Positions 29,742 to 41,700 of a stretch of DNA of 64,000 bases are shown piece after piece; position 1 is the stretch's first letter; each line of letters begins with the position of its first letter. The position numbers and the translations under genes were made by a program. The stretch comes from Eledone cirrhosa (taxonomy: Eukaryota), in NCBI GenBank assembly GCA_964016885.1, contig OZ024741.1:107198001-107262000 (forward strand). Direction: 5' to 3'. Under the pieces are notes generated by a model that did no database searches, was not told the DNA's origin, and saw nothing but the letters and a program-made list of their open reading frames with translations.

Positions 29742-29820
<79 letters not shown>

Positions 29821-29824
<4 letters not shown>

Positions 29825-29900
29825 GTTGTAACATAAGTTCCCGCTGTTGTTATAATTTGTTTAATAAAAAACAACGGCGGGAATTTATGTTACAACCTAA
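29821..29900. mobile_element. 80-bp mariner-type MITE, inverted copy of 28433-28512
   Basis: Same TIRs with the interior reversed, and the same flank gaagtggtaa. Confidence 0.8.
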
Positions 29901-29950
29901 TATATATATAGAAGTGGTAACAACAGGTATATATATATGTGTATATATAT

Positions 29951-30458
29951 ATTAGAATTGGTGCTCTGAAATAGCGATGTATATATGAATGTATATATAG
30001 TGTATTTTGCAATACACTGTATGCTTAATTAAAAGCATTTCGAAGACCTTACGCTATTGTTTTAGAGTAGTGAGAGTCTCACTTACTTTAAATTTTCAGC
30101 AAACGGGGGTGATAAAGCTGAGAGAGCGCTGTTTCGTACTGATTGGTACTTATCAAATCCAAGTACTCCACCTGTTTGCTGAAAATCATGAATGTTTGAT
30201 TCTTATTGAATTCTAGTAATAATCAGGAACTGATTATACAGAGCGGTTGCCGAAAACAGGGAGGTGGTGAGTGAGGTGTGAAGCGAAGCGAAAATGTTAG
30301 GTGACTCTGATGGTTGTCGACTCTGTCTCCGAGGTGATCGGCAAACTTGTCCGCTAGTCGACGACCGGTTTGTCCTATATAGATGACCTCGCATAACGGA
30401 CAATGGAGCCTATATATACTATCCTCTCTGGATTTACCCTTTTTATTTATTATTGCTA

Positions 30459-30505
<47 letters not shown>

Positions 30506-30875
30506 TTGGAGCTCTGAAATAGCAATATATATATGGATGTATATATAATGTATTTTGCAATACACTTTATGCTTAATTAAAAGCATTTTGAAGACCGTAT
30601 GCTATTGTTTTAGAGTAGTGACAAATTCACTTACTTTAATCTCAGCAAACAGGGGAGATAATTACTAGAATTCTATAAGAATATAACATCAGTAATCTCA
30701 CAACAAATCTCACAACAAAAGCGAAACAAGGCCTTGTCGGCTTATCTCCCCTGTTTGCTGAGATTAAAGTAAGTGAATTTGTCACTACTCTAAAACAATA
30801 GCACACGGTCTTCAAAATGCTTTTAATTAAGCATAAAGTGTATTGCAAAATACATTATATATACATCCATATATA
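29951..30875 (-). mobile_element. Truncated Penelope-like element: GIY-YIG remnant with direct and inverted pLTRs (family E)
   Basis: IYRLHCPLCEVIYIGQTGRRLADKFADH at about 30330-30425. 3' pLTR 29951-30160, direct copy 30499-30660, inverted copy about 30720-30875. HHR-like UUGAUAA-GUAC..GUAC-GAAAC at 30120-30160. Confidence 0.85.
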
Positions 30876-30880
30876 TATAT

Positions 30881-31353
30881 ATTGGTAAACGGAATAGAAA
30901 ATGCTGACAAATTGTTCACAGTTGAAAATGGTTTAATTAGGAATAAAAGTGTATTAGTGATTGTATGGGTTAGTATTCAGTTGTGGTTTTAAGTTTTTAA
31001 GTTTTTACCGGTTGCGCATTTCTAAATGCTTTTCAAAAATAATTTTGAGATAGAGTGTCCGTGCTGTTTGCTCTGATCTGATTAGTTTTGGGAGCCACTT
31101 TTTTGGGAGCCACTTTTTAAACATAAAAACAGGTAGAATTCCCAAAACTAATCAGATCAGAGCAAACAGCACGGACACTCTATCTCAAAATTATTTTTGA
31201 AAAGCATTTAGAAATGCGCAACCGGTAAAAACTTAAAAACTTAAAACCACAACTGAATACTAACCCATACAATCACTAATACTCTTTTATTCCTAATTAA
31301 ACCATTTTTCAACTGTGAACAATTTGTCAGCATTTTCTATTCCGTTTACCAAT
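30881..31353. mobile_element. Fold-back pLTR-like pair (family D)
   Basis: Arms 30881-31093 / 31140-31353; a third copy lies at 49186-49398. Confidence 0.9.
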
Positions 31354-31387
31354 ATATAATAACTTGTGTGTTACACCTCTATTCTTT

Positions 31388-31431
<44 letters not shown>

Positions 31432-31706
31432 GTGACTGTGTATCTGTCTCTACTTCTTAGTCTGTCCTTTTTCTCTTATTATCTGTGTCTATCTATCCGT
31501 TTCACTTCGTGACCAGTTCTATTCCTTGACCTTCATATTCATTTCAACTATCACCACTTTCTTTTTTCATATCTGTCTAATATTCACTATTTACCACCCT
31601 CTTGCTTTCTATCTCCTCGAATCTTTCTCCCGATCTATCTTATATATATATACTCATATATGCGAATTACTTTTCAGACCCCTTCCCTCCCACTCTCTCT
31701 CTGTCC

Positions 31707-31817
<111 letters not shown>

Positions 31818-32814
31818 ATCTGACATGGCCATCTCCTTCTCCTCATAGATCTGACACCACCCATGTCTGCTTAATCAGATGTCACACAAAACAACACGCC
31901 CTATTCATGCTTGAGAGTGCAACGTTCAGAAATAACACCTCCACTAGAGCACCACTACCACCATCACCACAGCCACCACCATCACCACCACCCGAACCCC
32001 ATCACCACCACCCGAACCCCATCACCACCATCCGAACCCCAACACCACCACCACACAAACAACCCACCACCACCACCAACAACAACAAAAACTAACTCGT
32101 TTTCTATTTATTTCTACATAGTTTCAATCGTTGAGGAAGACTAGACTGCAAAGCCAGTGCTGGGACCACCTGCTCTCATCTGACCAATTAATCAATTTAA
32201 TCCTGTATAAATACACAAGATGCACTGCAAAGCACACACACACCACACACATACCCTCTACGCAACACACGAATGCACTTAAACTATATTCCCTTTATCT
32301 TTGCCTCTCATCTCTTTCTCTCTCTCTCTACCCCCACCTCTCCCTTGCACTCCGAGATATCTATGTTTCATAGATGGTGTACTTCAAAACATTTATACAA
32401 TCATATTAGTAAAATATATTTCAGCGTAACTGATGAATTATTTTCACTAGCATAGTTTTAGAATAAAAAATAGAATTAGTTGTTTTGAGTTTCGACTCAG
32501 ATAGTAGAGAAGTGAGGGCAAACGATGAAAACTTCAGTGAACTTTACAAGTAATCGACAACAGAAGAAAGGTAAAGAACACTCAAAGATCAGAGCCCTGT
32601 CCAACAGTAGCTAGATCATATACACAGCAGTAATAGTCTAGAATGACGACATCCCCAAATTAGGTGATATTCGGAGATATACCAGACATACGAGCTTACA
32701 AATGGGCCGTATTACGCTAAGGCTATCTAAATCTGTTATATACGTATATATTCACTAAAACTACGTCACACTGAGTTATTTTCATAATAGATATCACATA
32801 CTGATTTATGTAAG

Positions 32815-32868
<54 letters not shown>

Positions 32869-32873
<5 letters not shown>

Positions 32874-33071
32874 AAAACCACAGACCCTCCATCTCAACTC
32901 TACTTTTGAAAAGCAGAAGAACTGCGAGACCGGTAAAGGAACCAAATAAATATATATATTTTTTTAAAAATAAGACTCCAGTTGCATTTTCGATTTCATC
33001 TTTTTTCCTTATACTTTCACTCGTGTAGGACACCTCGGTTATTTTTCATTTTGTAAAAAAACCTCACTTTC
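32869..33071 (+). mobile_element. pLTR-like repeat (family C) in (TA)n
   Basis: Matches 48946-49090, 48730-48940 (rc), 43352-43432 (rc) and 42752-43013; the HHR-like core here reads GAGAC instead of GAAAC. Confidence 0.8.
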
Positions 33072-33074
33072 GAA

Positions 33075-33109
<35 letters not shown>

Positions 33110-33110
33110 G

Positions 33111-33153
<43 letters not shown>

Positions 33154-33162
33154 TGTATATGT

Positions 33163-33258
<96 letters not shown>

Positions 33259-33496
33259 TATATATATAAATATATGCTAATTTATGTAGGTGAACATACA
33301 TATGTATTCTGTATATATATATACAAGTATATATATAATAATATACAATAGTATTTATTTAAGTTCATACATGGAACAAAAGCGGTCCCTAACGTTTTCA
33401 GAACCCCTCTCTCTACCCTCTTGTACAGCTCTCATAACTGATTGAGCAGTTTTTCTTTTTCCTTTTTTTGACACCTACGAATATTTTCTACACACA

Positions 33497-33532
<36 letters not shown>

Positions 33533-33594
33533 TGTATGTATGTATGTATGTATGTATGTATGTATGTATGTATGTATGTATGTATGTATGTCAG

Positions 33595-33790
33595 GTCACC
33601 AGTTGGTGCTACTGGTCACATGTATCCCAGTACAACCTGTCTCATGGTCGGGTCGTTGGCGACTAAACTGGCAACCCCACCAAGGTTTCTTGGTGAGGAG
33701 GGTGACTTTGGACATCCTGCAGGACTAAAAACAAAACCTGTCAAAGGACAAAGGAGCTCTTAAGAGTCAATGGCCATCCAAAATCACCGG
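33595..33790 (+). mobile_element. Dispersed repeat next to (ATGT)n, related to 13540-13690
   Basis: Shared gcgactaaactggcaa...atcctgc...ggccatcc. Confidence 0.5.
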
Positions 33791-34356
33791 GAGAGATGAC
33801 CCCTTAGCCTTTGTCAAGGCAGAATTCTAGGAGAAGGAAAACTCTGATATAACACCTGCAACCCTGATGGTATCCAATGATGTCGACTTGTTCTTCTTTT
33901 TGGTAAATATCATCTTGGTTAAGAGAGTGGGACTGGCTTTGTGCAGTGCCTTTGCTCACTATAAAAGCTTCACGGCACAGGCATTGCTTTATATCTGGAG
34001 ATCTCTCTGCACTTGTCCTCATATGGTACCATGGGCCCAGCACTATGTGTCAATAATTGTCACAAGTGTAGTGTTTGTACCAGAGTTTTCAAGTCACTGG
34101 CTGGACTAAAAAGTCACACTCGTTCAGCGCATTGGTAGAGGTTCTCCTACATGGATATAAAGTAGTGGCCGTACTCGAAAACGAGTTGGCAGCCACCATG
34201 TATGTATGTATGTATGTATGTATGTATGTATGTATGTATGTATGTATGTATGTATGTATGTATGTATGTGTAAAAGGTAAACAGAAATAACAGCACAATC
34301 GGTACAGTATATGGAAAGGATATATTAGGTTAACGCTTGATATAGCAGGAAGAGGG

Positions 34357-34392
34357 TCTTAACGTTTCGGACGCTAGTCCTTCATCAGAAGA
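34357..34392 (-). ncRNA. Minimal hammerhead ribozyme (family B, copy 2, within 34268-34418)
   Basis: Identical core to 17012-17047. Confidence 0.75.
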
Positions 34393-34761
34393 AAGAATGA
34401 GAAATAAGATAGATTGAGAAGTCTTGATTGCGCATGCACGTGCAATCCCGATTCTTCGACCAGTTAAGGAAGAGCGCATCGTTTGTTTTTGCTTTGAATT
34501 GTTTTCATTTTTTGCATTTGAAAAGGGGATTTAACCCTGAAATATCATGTTTAAATATACTGTGTAAAAAATAACATTACTTTACTACGTTTTGTTTTAT
34601 TTGTCATCCTTTTATCTTTATATATTTGTACTGCATTGTACCGGCTTTCTGAAATATTTATTTATTAATTATTACATATTTCACAATGCTTCATATTAAC
34701 TATACTACATATATATGTCTGTGTGCCTGTGTGTATGGATGTATGCACGTATCTGTGTGTA

Positions 34762-34828
<67 letters not shown>

Positions 34829-34829
<1 letters not shown>

Positions 34830-34905
34830 GGGTGCCACCCCCAAAATTGTATACACACTTTTATTAGAATGCTGTTGAAGTGTGTTTACATTTTCGCGGG
34901 ACACC

Positions 34906-34907
<2 letters not shown>
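34829..34907. mobile_element. About 79-bp Tc1/mariner-type MITE
   Basis: Imperfect TIRs agggtg..aaaat(t)gta.acacactt / aagtgtgtttacattttc..acaccct, in a TA context. Confidence 0.6.
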
Positions 34908-34990
<83 letters not shown>

Positions 34991-34999
34991 TAGAATGCT

Positions 35000-35075
35000 T
35001 TCTTGGTCGCCCTTGAAATATATATAATAAAATAAATATGGTTTTATAAATATAGTTTCCATTTATTAATATCTT

Positions 35076-35078
<3 letters not shown>
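35000..35078 (+). mobile_element. pLTR family A fragment truncated in HHR stem II
   Basis: cttggtcgcccttgaaatatatataataaaata... matches 40532-40606. Confidence 0.85.
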
Positions 35079-35135
<57 letters not shown>

Positions 35136-35819
35136 TACACACACATGCACACACGCTGGTGCGAACACATACCCACACTCACACAGAGATGATTATTATA
35201 ATCGAGGACCACGATAAATAGAAGTTGAGAAAATCTGATAAATACGTGTAGAGATGTGTAATGTAATGGCGCCTGCGAGGATGGGGCCTCTCTCATCTCC
35301 AAATTATTTAAAATGAGTGTCCCGAACATTTTTTTTTTTTAAAGAGCCCGTAAATTCCATCAAAACTGCTTCATTCTGAGTTGATCCTAATAATCACCAT
35401 ACACTTACCTTTGTATATGTAAGCAATGTATTCTGTTTATTACGATCTATTTGTAACATGTATTAATTAATTATTTCAATTATGACATTAAATTTTAATT
35501 AGTCATATCTTAAATATGCATTGCCTTTCAATGTTTTGTATGGAATTATGAACCAAACATCTGTTACAAATAACAACCTAATTTTTTTCAAATTAATCCC
35601 GACAGTTGCTTTTTTGTAAAGGACCTATTCTGTTGGGATTTTCTATTTATGAAATCAGCTGTAATGTTCAGAGCTGGAATAGCTTTGATGTATCATCTAT
35701 TTAATAAGTGGACGCAAACATGGCTGTATGGTTAAGGATATCGTTGAAAAATCCTGTGGTGCTCGGTTCGGTGTATAAGGTGATATCTTTACCAAATCTC
35801 TCTGCCCTAAACTCGGGTC

Positions 35820-36470
35820 CATCCAAGCCTTCCAGACAGGAAACAGTGTCGATGCCTCTTGGACAGATGTTACATGTCATAGACGTCTCTCCTCCTTCTC
35901 CCCCTGTTGACGTCAAGTCCCTCCAACGCACTTGGGATGCCAACCACTGCAGCCTGGCCTCAGACAGGCTCACGCTCCAGCTCGACCAGCTCCGCCTTGC
36001 TTGTTTTCGTGCGGCCTCCAAACCCCACAGTGGTGTCTGGTTCCATGCGCTGCCCTCCTTCTCCACTGGCACGACAGCCATAGCCTGCGCATCGGGGTTT
36101 CCCTGAGGCTCGGCCTCCAGATCTGCCAGCCACACCAATGTCGCTGCGGTTCCACCGTGGACTCTTTCGGCCTCCACCCGCTTTCCTGTCACCGCAGTGC
36201 CGGCCGAATTCCACACCATGCTGCCCTCAACGAGATCATTAAGCATGGCTTGGACGCTGCAGGCTTCCCTTCCCAGCTAGAGCCGGTGGGGCTAGATCGA
36301 GGGGACGGCAAAAGGTCATATGGCATGATCATCTTCCCGTTCCGCGGTGGAAAACCCCTCGTCTGCGATGCAAATTGCACCGCGAACTGGAGTGGCTTTT
36401 CCAGCGCGTCTCCCTTGCCGTCCTCCGAGGAAACGCCTTCTCCATTTTGTCCGCCGGGGCTGTGGGTGGG
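35820..36470 (+). pseudogene. CRE-clade non-LTR retrotransposon C-terminus (CCHC plus RLE), internally deleted
   Basis: SGVWFHALPS; CRCG..DSFGLHPLSC..GRIPHHAALNEII..LEPVGLDRGDGKR-SY-G (canonically RPDG)..LVCDANC; an alternative frame gives LFQRVSLAVLRGNA. Confidence 0.8.
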
Positions 36471-36641
36471 TCCCATCGCGTACCGTTGTAGTTGTAGAAG
36501 AAACAGGAAGACAACAATTACTTTAAGTGTACACGTGTTTTATTAGTCTGATGTTCAGTTGCTCCATAAACCGATAGATGACTCACCACTCGATTAGGAC
36601 TAACGAAGAACGCCAACAACATTGGAAGCTAGATTTATATG

Positions 36642-36698
<57 letters not shown>

Positions 36699-36756
36699 AT
36701 CTAGCTTCCAATGTATATATATATATATATATATATAAATGATATATATATATATA

Positions 36757-37080
36757 TAATTGAGGATGTCTGTCTGTGTGTGAGTTTGAATCCCTAAAAC
36801 TCGAGAACCACCGATCAGACTGTTTTCAAACTTTACACATGTAATACTTATGTTTCAGGGAGTATTCTGAGCAAAAAAGATTTCAAATTTTCAATGCCTT
36901 AAGGACCGTATTAGGCGATTTAGCGATCTCTCTCTATAATTCTTAGTCTTTCTCCTTTTAGATAGATACATACATATAACGTCGCGCCCTTATAATATCT
37001 GTCTGCATGCCCGACTGTCTGCATTACGTCACTTCCCTGAGGATGTCTGTCTCTCTCTCTGTGTTTGTGTGTTTGTATGT

Positions 37081-37139
<59 letters not shown>

Positions 37140-37280
37140 TCTGTGAGTTTGAATCCCTAAAGCTCGAGAAGTACCTAACCGACCTTTTTTAAACTTTACA
37201 TGTGTATTACGTATGTTTAAGGGAGTGTTATGCACATAAAATAATTCAACTTTTTGATCCCCTAGGGTCCGCATTAGTTG
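36757..37280 (+). mobile_element. Two tandem Helitron-like 5' segments
   Basis: tgaggatgtctgtct..gagtttgaatccctaaa.ctcgagaa..aaactttaca is duplicated at about 36761 and 37038; no clear 3' CTAG hairpin. Confidence 0.45.
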
Positions 37281-37794
37281 AAAAATTGCGTTTTTTCAGG
37301 TTTTTATGGGTTTTTCGAGGTGTTACGTCAGACTAATTTCCTTGAAATTGTAACTATGTATTAGTCAGTCTCTTCTTCATACCGTGAGCAGAGAAAATCC
37401 AACTTTTTTTGTATCTCCAATACATTATCTCCAATACATTATTTACCTCTGGTCAAATCCTCAGAATATTCTGAGGATTTGATCAGAGGTAAATAATGTA
37501 ATGGAAATCGAGTGACGCAACTTGGAGCGATTAGCGGCCTCTAGACTCACCTGATCAATGAACCAATTGTTAATACCTGAAATAAAGCCCCTTGTTATAC
37601 AGCCAGCCATGTTACTCTTCATTCTTTCACTATTATTACTCCAAGTATAACCTACATAGGAATTACCGCGAACTCGCTGCCTAAATATGGAAACATCTTG
37701 TTGAGTTAAACAAAGCCGTACGTTAAAACTATCCACGACGCAGAGTACTCACAACCTCTAACTGGATTACCTATAACGATAACTTGTTAACCTA

Positions 37795-37871
<77 letters not shown>

Positions 37872-37915
37872 CAATGATATTAAATAAATGGAAACTATAT
37901 TTATAAAACCATATT

Positions 37916-37980
37916 TATTCTATTATATATATTTCAAGGGTACCAAATAAAACTTTGGTACACTTTCATCAGATAGAATA
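37916..37980 (-). ncRNA. Type-I hammerhead ribozyme (family A)
   Basis: UAUUCUAU-CUGAUGA-AAGuGUACCAAA guuuua UUUGGUACcCUU-GAAA-UAUAUA-UA-AUAGAAUA. Confidence 0.9.
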
Positions 37981-37985
37981 CAAAA

Positions 37986-38233
37986 CTGTAAAATCAAACT
38001 GTCCTTTACAAAATAAGTGTTTAGATAAAAACGTAGTCTATAAATGCACAGTTAAAACTAGTGAAATTATATTTAACTATGTCGGTGCCACTTCTACTGA
38101 ATTTAAACTTCGCTGGATTAACCACAATTGTTCTTTCAGAAGATCTGATAAAAAATCTTCTATTTCCCTCTCAAACCTTATATGGAACTTAAAAAGCAAG
38201 AATATAGACTATTCAATATCTTGGAAACCTTAA
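37986..38233 (+). pseudogene. Second, inverted GIY-YIG fragment
   Basis: SNCPLQNKCLDKNVVYKCTVKT..YVGATSTEFKLRWINH..LSNLIWNLK..YSISW. Confidence 0.85.
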
Positions 38234-39532
38234 CGGTCGGAAAATTCGCTGGATAGTGGAAACTGATTAGGGGTAATTCAAAATTATGTGTGAATATGCA
38301 AATGAATGTATGAAAAATTGAAAAAGACAACCGTTTATTTAAATTACGCTAGTGAAAGATAGGGAAGAAAGACAAGAAAGAGAGAGAGAGGAAAAATAGA
38401 GAGGGAAAAAAATTACTGTTATGAGAGAGATAGAGAGAAGAAAGAAATTTATCAGAGGATGAACTCAAGTAACGTAAATACGTCTTAACTTTTTATTAAT
38501 GTTAGGTATCTTTACTAATTATTGTTAAAATTCTAATATAATACGATATAATATTTATTAATTATAAGTATATAGAAAAAATATAGATATAAAGATATAT
38601 TGAAAAATAAATTGAAAATAAATAGATATACAGTAGAAAATAGTAGAATCAATTATATAGAAAAATATAGATAGAAGAATAGATATATGAGTGGATAAAT
38701 GGGTATATCATGTTATAGATAATTGTTTTAATAAGTTATGAGGGATACTGGTTTATATTTAGTGTAAGTAATAAAATTAACTGAGTTAATAAGATTATTT
38801 ATGTTTTTAATGTTTTAAATTGGGAAGATAGTCAAAATCCCAGTTTTGTTTATTTATTAGCTAGTATGAGACGATTTTGACGAAGATATATATGTTGAAA
38901 GATATATTTAGCCAGAATTAGTTAATTATTGGTTATAACTCTAATATTAAATAATTACAAAATATTAAAAGTATTAAAAAATATTAAAAAATATAAAAAA
39001 ATATAAAAAATATAAAAATATTAAAAGTTCTGGAAAAAAATTCTGGAAAGAAATTTCTGGAAAAAGTTTCTGGAAAAAAGTTTGGAACAAATTTTTTAAA
39101 AGATCCCTTAAAAAAAAAAAAAAATAAAATAAAATAAAATAAAAAAAAAAAATTTTTTTTTTTAAATTTAAAAATCCCAGAAGATAAAAAAAAAAACCTT
39201 TTAAAAAATAAAAATATTTAAAAGGTACTTAAAATATTTAAAATGTTTAAAGATATTTAGAAATATTAAAAAATGTTAAATAATCTTTAAAAAATTAATT
39301 TTTTAAGAAACAATTAATTTTTAAAAGTAAGTAATTTTTTAATATATAAGATATTTTAGAAATAAAATAAAAACTGAGATATTTTAGAAGTAAAATAAAA
39401 AATGAAAGATTTAAACAATAAAAATAAAGATTTAAGAAGTAAAAACCTTAAAATTAGAGTTAAACTTAAAATTTTAAAAAATATAGGCATTGGAATAAAG
39501 TAAGCATTATGTAGAAAAGATTATAAGTGTAA

Positions 39533-40290
39533 TTATATTTTATATATAGTTCTAAACGTTGAGTTTAGGCGATGTTTACAAGAACTAAATAAATTCATAC
39601 GTATATTAATAGAGTTCTTACATTTAAGTATGAAGAAAATGTCCTCAACACACAATTTGCAAAATCTAGATAAAGCTATGTTTTTGTAGGCAGGTGCTTT
39701 GAAATTATATTCCAAGTTAAAGAATAGTCTTTATTTTTAGATTTTAAGTTCCATATGAGGTTTCATAGAGAAGTTGAAGATTTTTTACCAATATTATTAA
39801 ACGAACATTTATGATTATTGAAACGACATTTGAAGTCTGTAGAAGTTGAACCTATATAGTTAAATATATTATCATTTGTTTTGACAATGCATTTATAGAC
39901 ATCTTTATCTAAGCACTTATTTTTTAAAGGAGAGTTAGATATAATTCTACAATTACATTTAGCAGAGTTGATGTTATTCGGAACAGTATTATTATTTTGG
40001 ATATTGCTAGAGGTATTAGTGCTATTTTGCTTATGGTTTAGATTTCTATTATTGATTCTATTTATATTTTGTGCTAAGTTCATAGTAATGGAGTAAGATA
40101 GTTTTATTGTATGTCTGTTAAAGATTGAGTGGTACCTATGGGTTTTGGGAAAACATTTATCTAGAGCTTTAAAAAATAGTTTAGCTAAAGGTGTTTTAAT
40201 ACTTAGTGAAAATGGAGGTACATACCAAATTATATTTCTAGTTCTATATTTAGAGTTTATGTTAGGTATCTTAATGTAATTATAATTAAT
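39533..40290 (-). pseudogene. GIY-YIG endonuclease domain and linker of a PLE
   Basis: VYKC...YIG motif, CxC linker and terminal CxxC/CKH; split across frames. Confidence 0.88.
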
Positions 40291-40500
40291 ATTATGGTTA
40301 TTTGTCTTTTTTTTTTGTCTTTCTTCCCTATCTTTCACTAGCGAAATTTAAATAAACGTCTTTTTCAATTTTTCATACATTCATTTGCATATTCACACAT
40401 AATTTTGAATTACCCCTAATCAGTTTCCACTATCCAGAGAATTTTCCGACCGTTAAGGTTGATTTCCATGGGTATGTCATTATTTATAAAACAAATCTTG

Positions 40501-40564
40501 TATTTTATCTGATGAAAGCGCACCAAGATTGCTTGGTCGCCCTTGAAATATATATAATAAAATA
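40501..40564 (+). ncRNA. Type-I hammerhead ribozyme (family A)
   Basis: UAUUUUAU-CUGAUGA-AAGcgcACCAAG auug CUUGGUcgccCUU-GAAA-UAUAUA-UA-AUAAAAUA; predicted cleavage after 40556. Confidence 0.9.
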
Positions 40565-40853
40565 AATATGGTTTTATAAATATAGTTTCCATTTATTAAT
40601 ATCTTGGAATATTTACTCCAGTAAACAGTTGAGTGCTCTATATCAGTTATAAACATTTATATTTGTCGGAATTCCAACAAATTAAATATAACTTCTACAT
40701 ATATATATATATATATATATATATACGTTATTCCGGGTTGAATCGGAGGTAACCACAGTAAGTAAGGTACTCAATACATAGCAGCGTATAAAAGATTTAA
40801 TATAGATGAGATTCTACAGGACTAGAACTGTTTCATTCTTTAGAAATCATCAG

Positions 40854-40906
40854 GAGATTTCTGATGATTTCTAAAGAATGAAACAGTTCTAGTCCTGTAG
40901 AATCTC
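40854..40906 (+). ncRNA. Type-I hammerhead ribozyme within the fold-back 40801-40913
   Basis: Stem I GAGAUUU/GAAUCUC; CUGAUGA; stem II UUCU aa AGAA; GAA-ACAG uucuaguc CUGU-A; predicted cleavage after 40899. A decayed relative lies at about 21045-21085. Confidence 0.88.
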
Positions 40907-40911
40907 ATCTA

Positions 40912-40976
<65 letters not shown>

Positions 40977-40997
40977 CGATACTTGAGATAGTAGAGC

Positions 40998-41122
40998 ATG
41001 GTTATATGAATGAGTCAGGACCCCGACGACTGAGTTCTTGCCGTTTCAGCAGTTAGTTCCAGACCAGCTGTTGAAACGGCAAGAGTTCAGCTGTCGGGGT
41101 CCTGACTCATACACATAACCAT
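40998..41122. repeat. Fold-back of two HHR 3' halves (related to family H)
   Basis: gagtcaggaccccgac..gccgtttc / gaaacggc..gctgtcggggtcctgactc. Confidence 0.8.
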
Positions 41123-41180
41123 ATATTTATATATATATGTGTGTGTGTATATAGAAAAAGAGAAATAAGAGATAGATATG

Positions 41181-41532
41181 TTTCTTTATTAGCCACAGGG
41201 ACACAAAAGAAGGGGACAAATACAAAGGGGGAAGTTTACATACAATAAAAACGTGTAAAATATTATCACAAATGCAATTGAAAAGTTAATCGATTTTCCC
41301 CAATAGGGGGAGACATTTCATTGAGTAACACATACCCCCGAAAAAATGTGCAACCCTCATCTCCAGGAGTACGAAGAGATTGTACCCCTTTCCTCTCTTC
41401 CCCCTTTTCCTCAACCTACAGGCTGATATAGAGAGAAGGCCCATTCTCACCACTTTCACCCACCTTTCATAAAACTTGCTAGGGTACAGCACCTCTCTCT
41501 CCATCCTGATTCTTCTTCCAAAGTGGTATTTG
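41181..41532 (-). mobile_element. 5'-truncated L1/Tx1-type 3' end, in (GATA)n
   Basis: KYHFGRRIRMEREVLYPSKFYERWVKV; closely similar to 23243-23606. Confidence 0.85.
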
Positions 41533-41620
41533 ATAGATAGATGGATAAATAGATAGAGAGAGAGAGAGGGGGAGATAGATAGAGAGAGAGAGACAAAGAA
41601 AGAAATATATATATATATAT

Positions 41621-41700
<80 letters not shown>

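Larger units (their letters stand above)
37870..40700 (-). mobile_element. 5'-truncated Penelope-like element, probably Naiad-type, with inverted pLTRs (family A)
   Basis: RNIIWYVPPFS..KLSYS..CNCR..PL.NKC..VYKC..YIGST..FK.RF.NH..CKLC..CKH over 39533-40338, frameshifted. pLTR at about 40320-40700 (+) and at 38227-38380 plus 37875-37985 (-); (TA)n at both ends. Confidence 0.88.

Noticed and set aside
31911-32144. His/Pro-rich protein
   Set aside because: It derives from (CAC)n and an 18-bp minisatellite x3.
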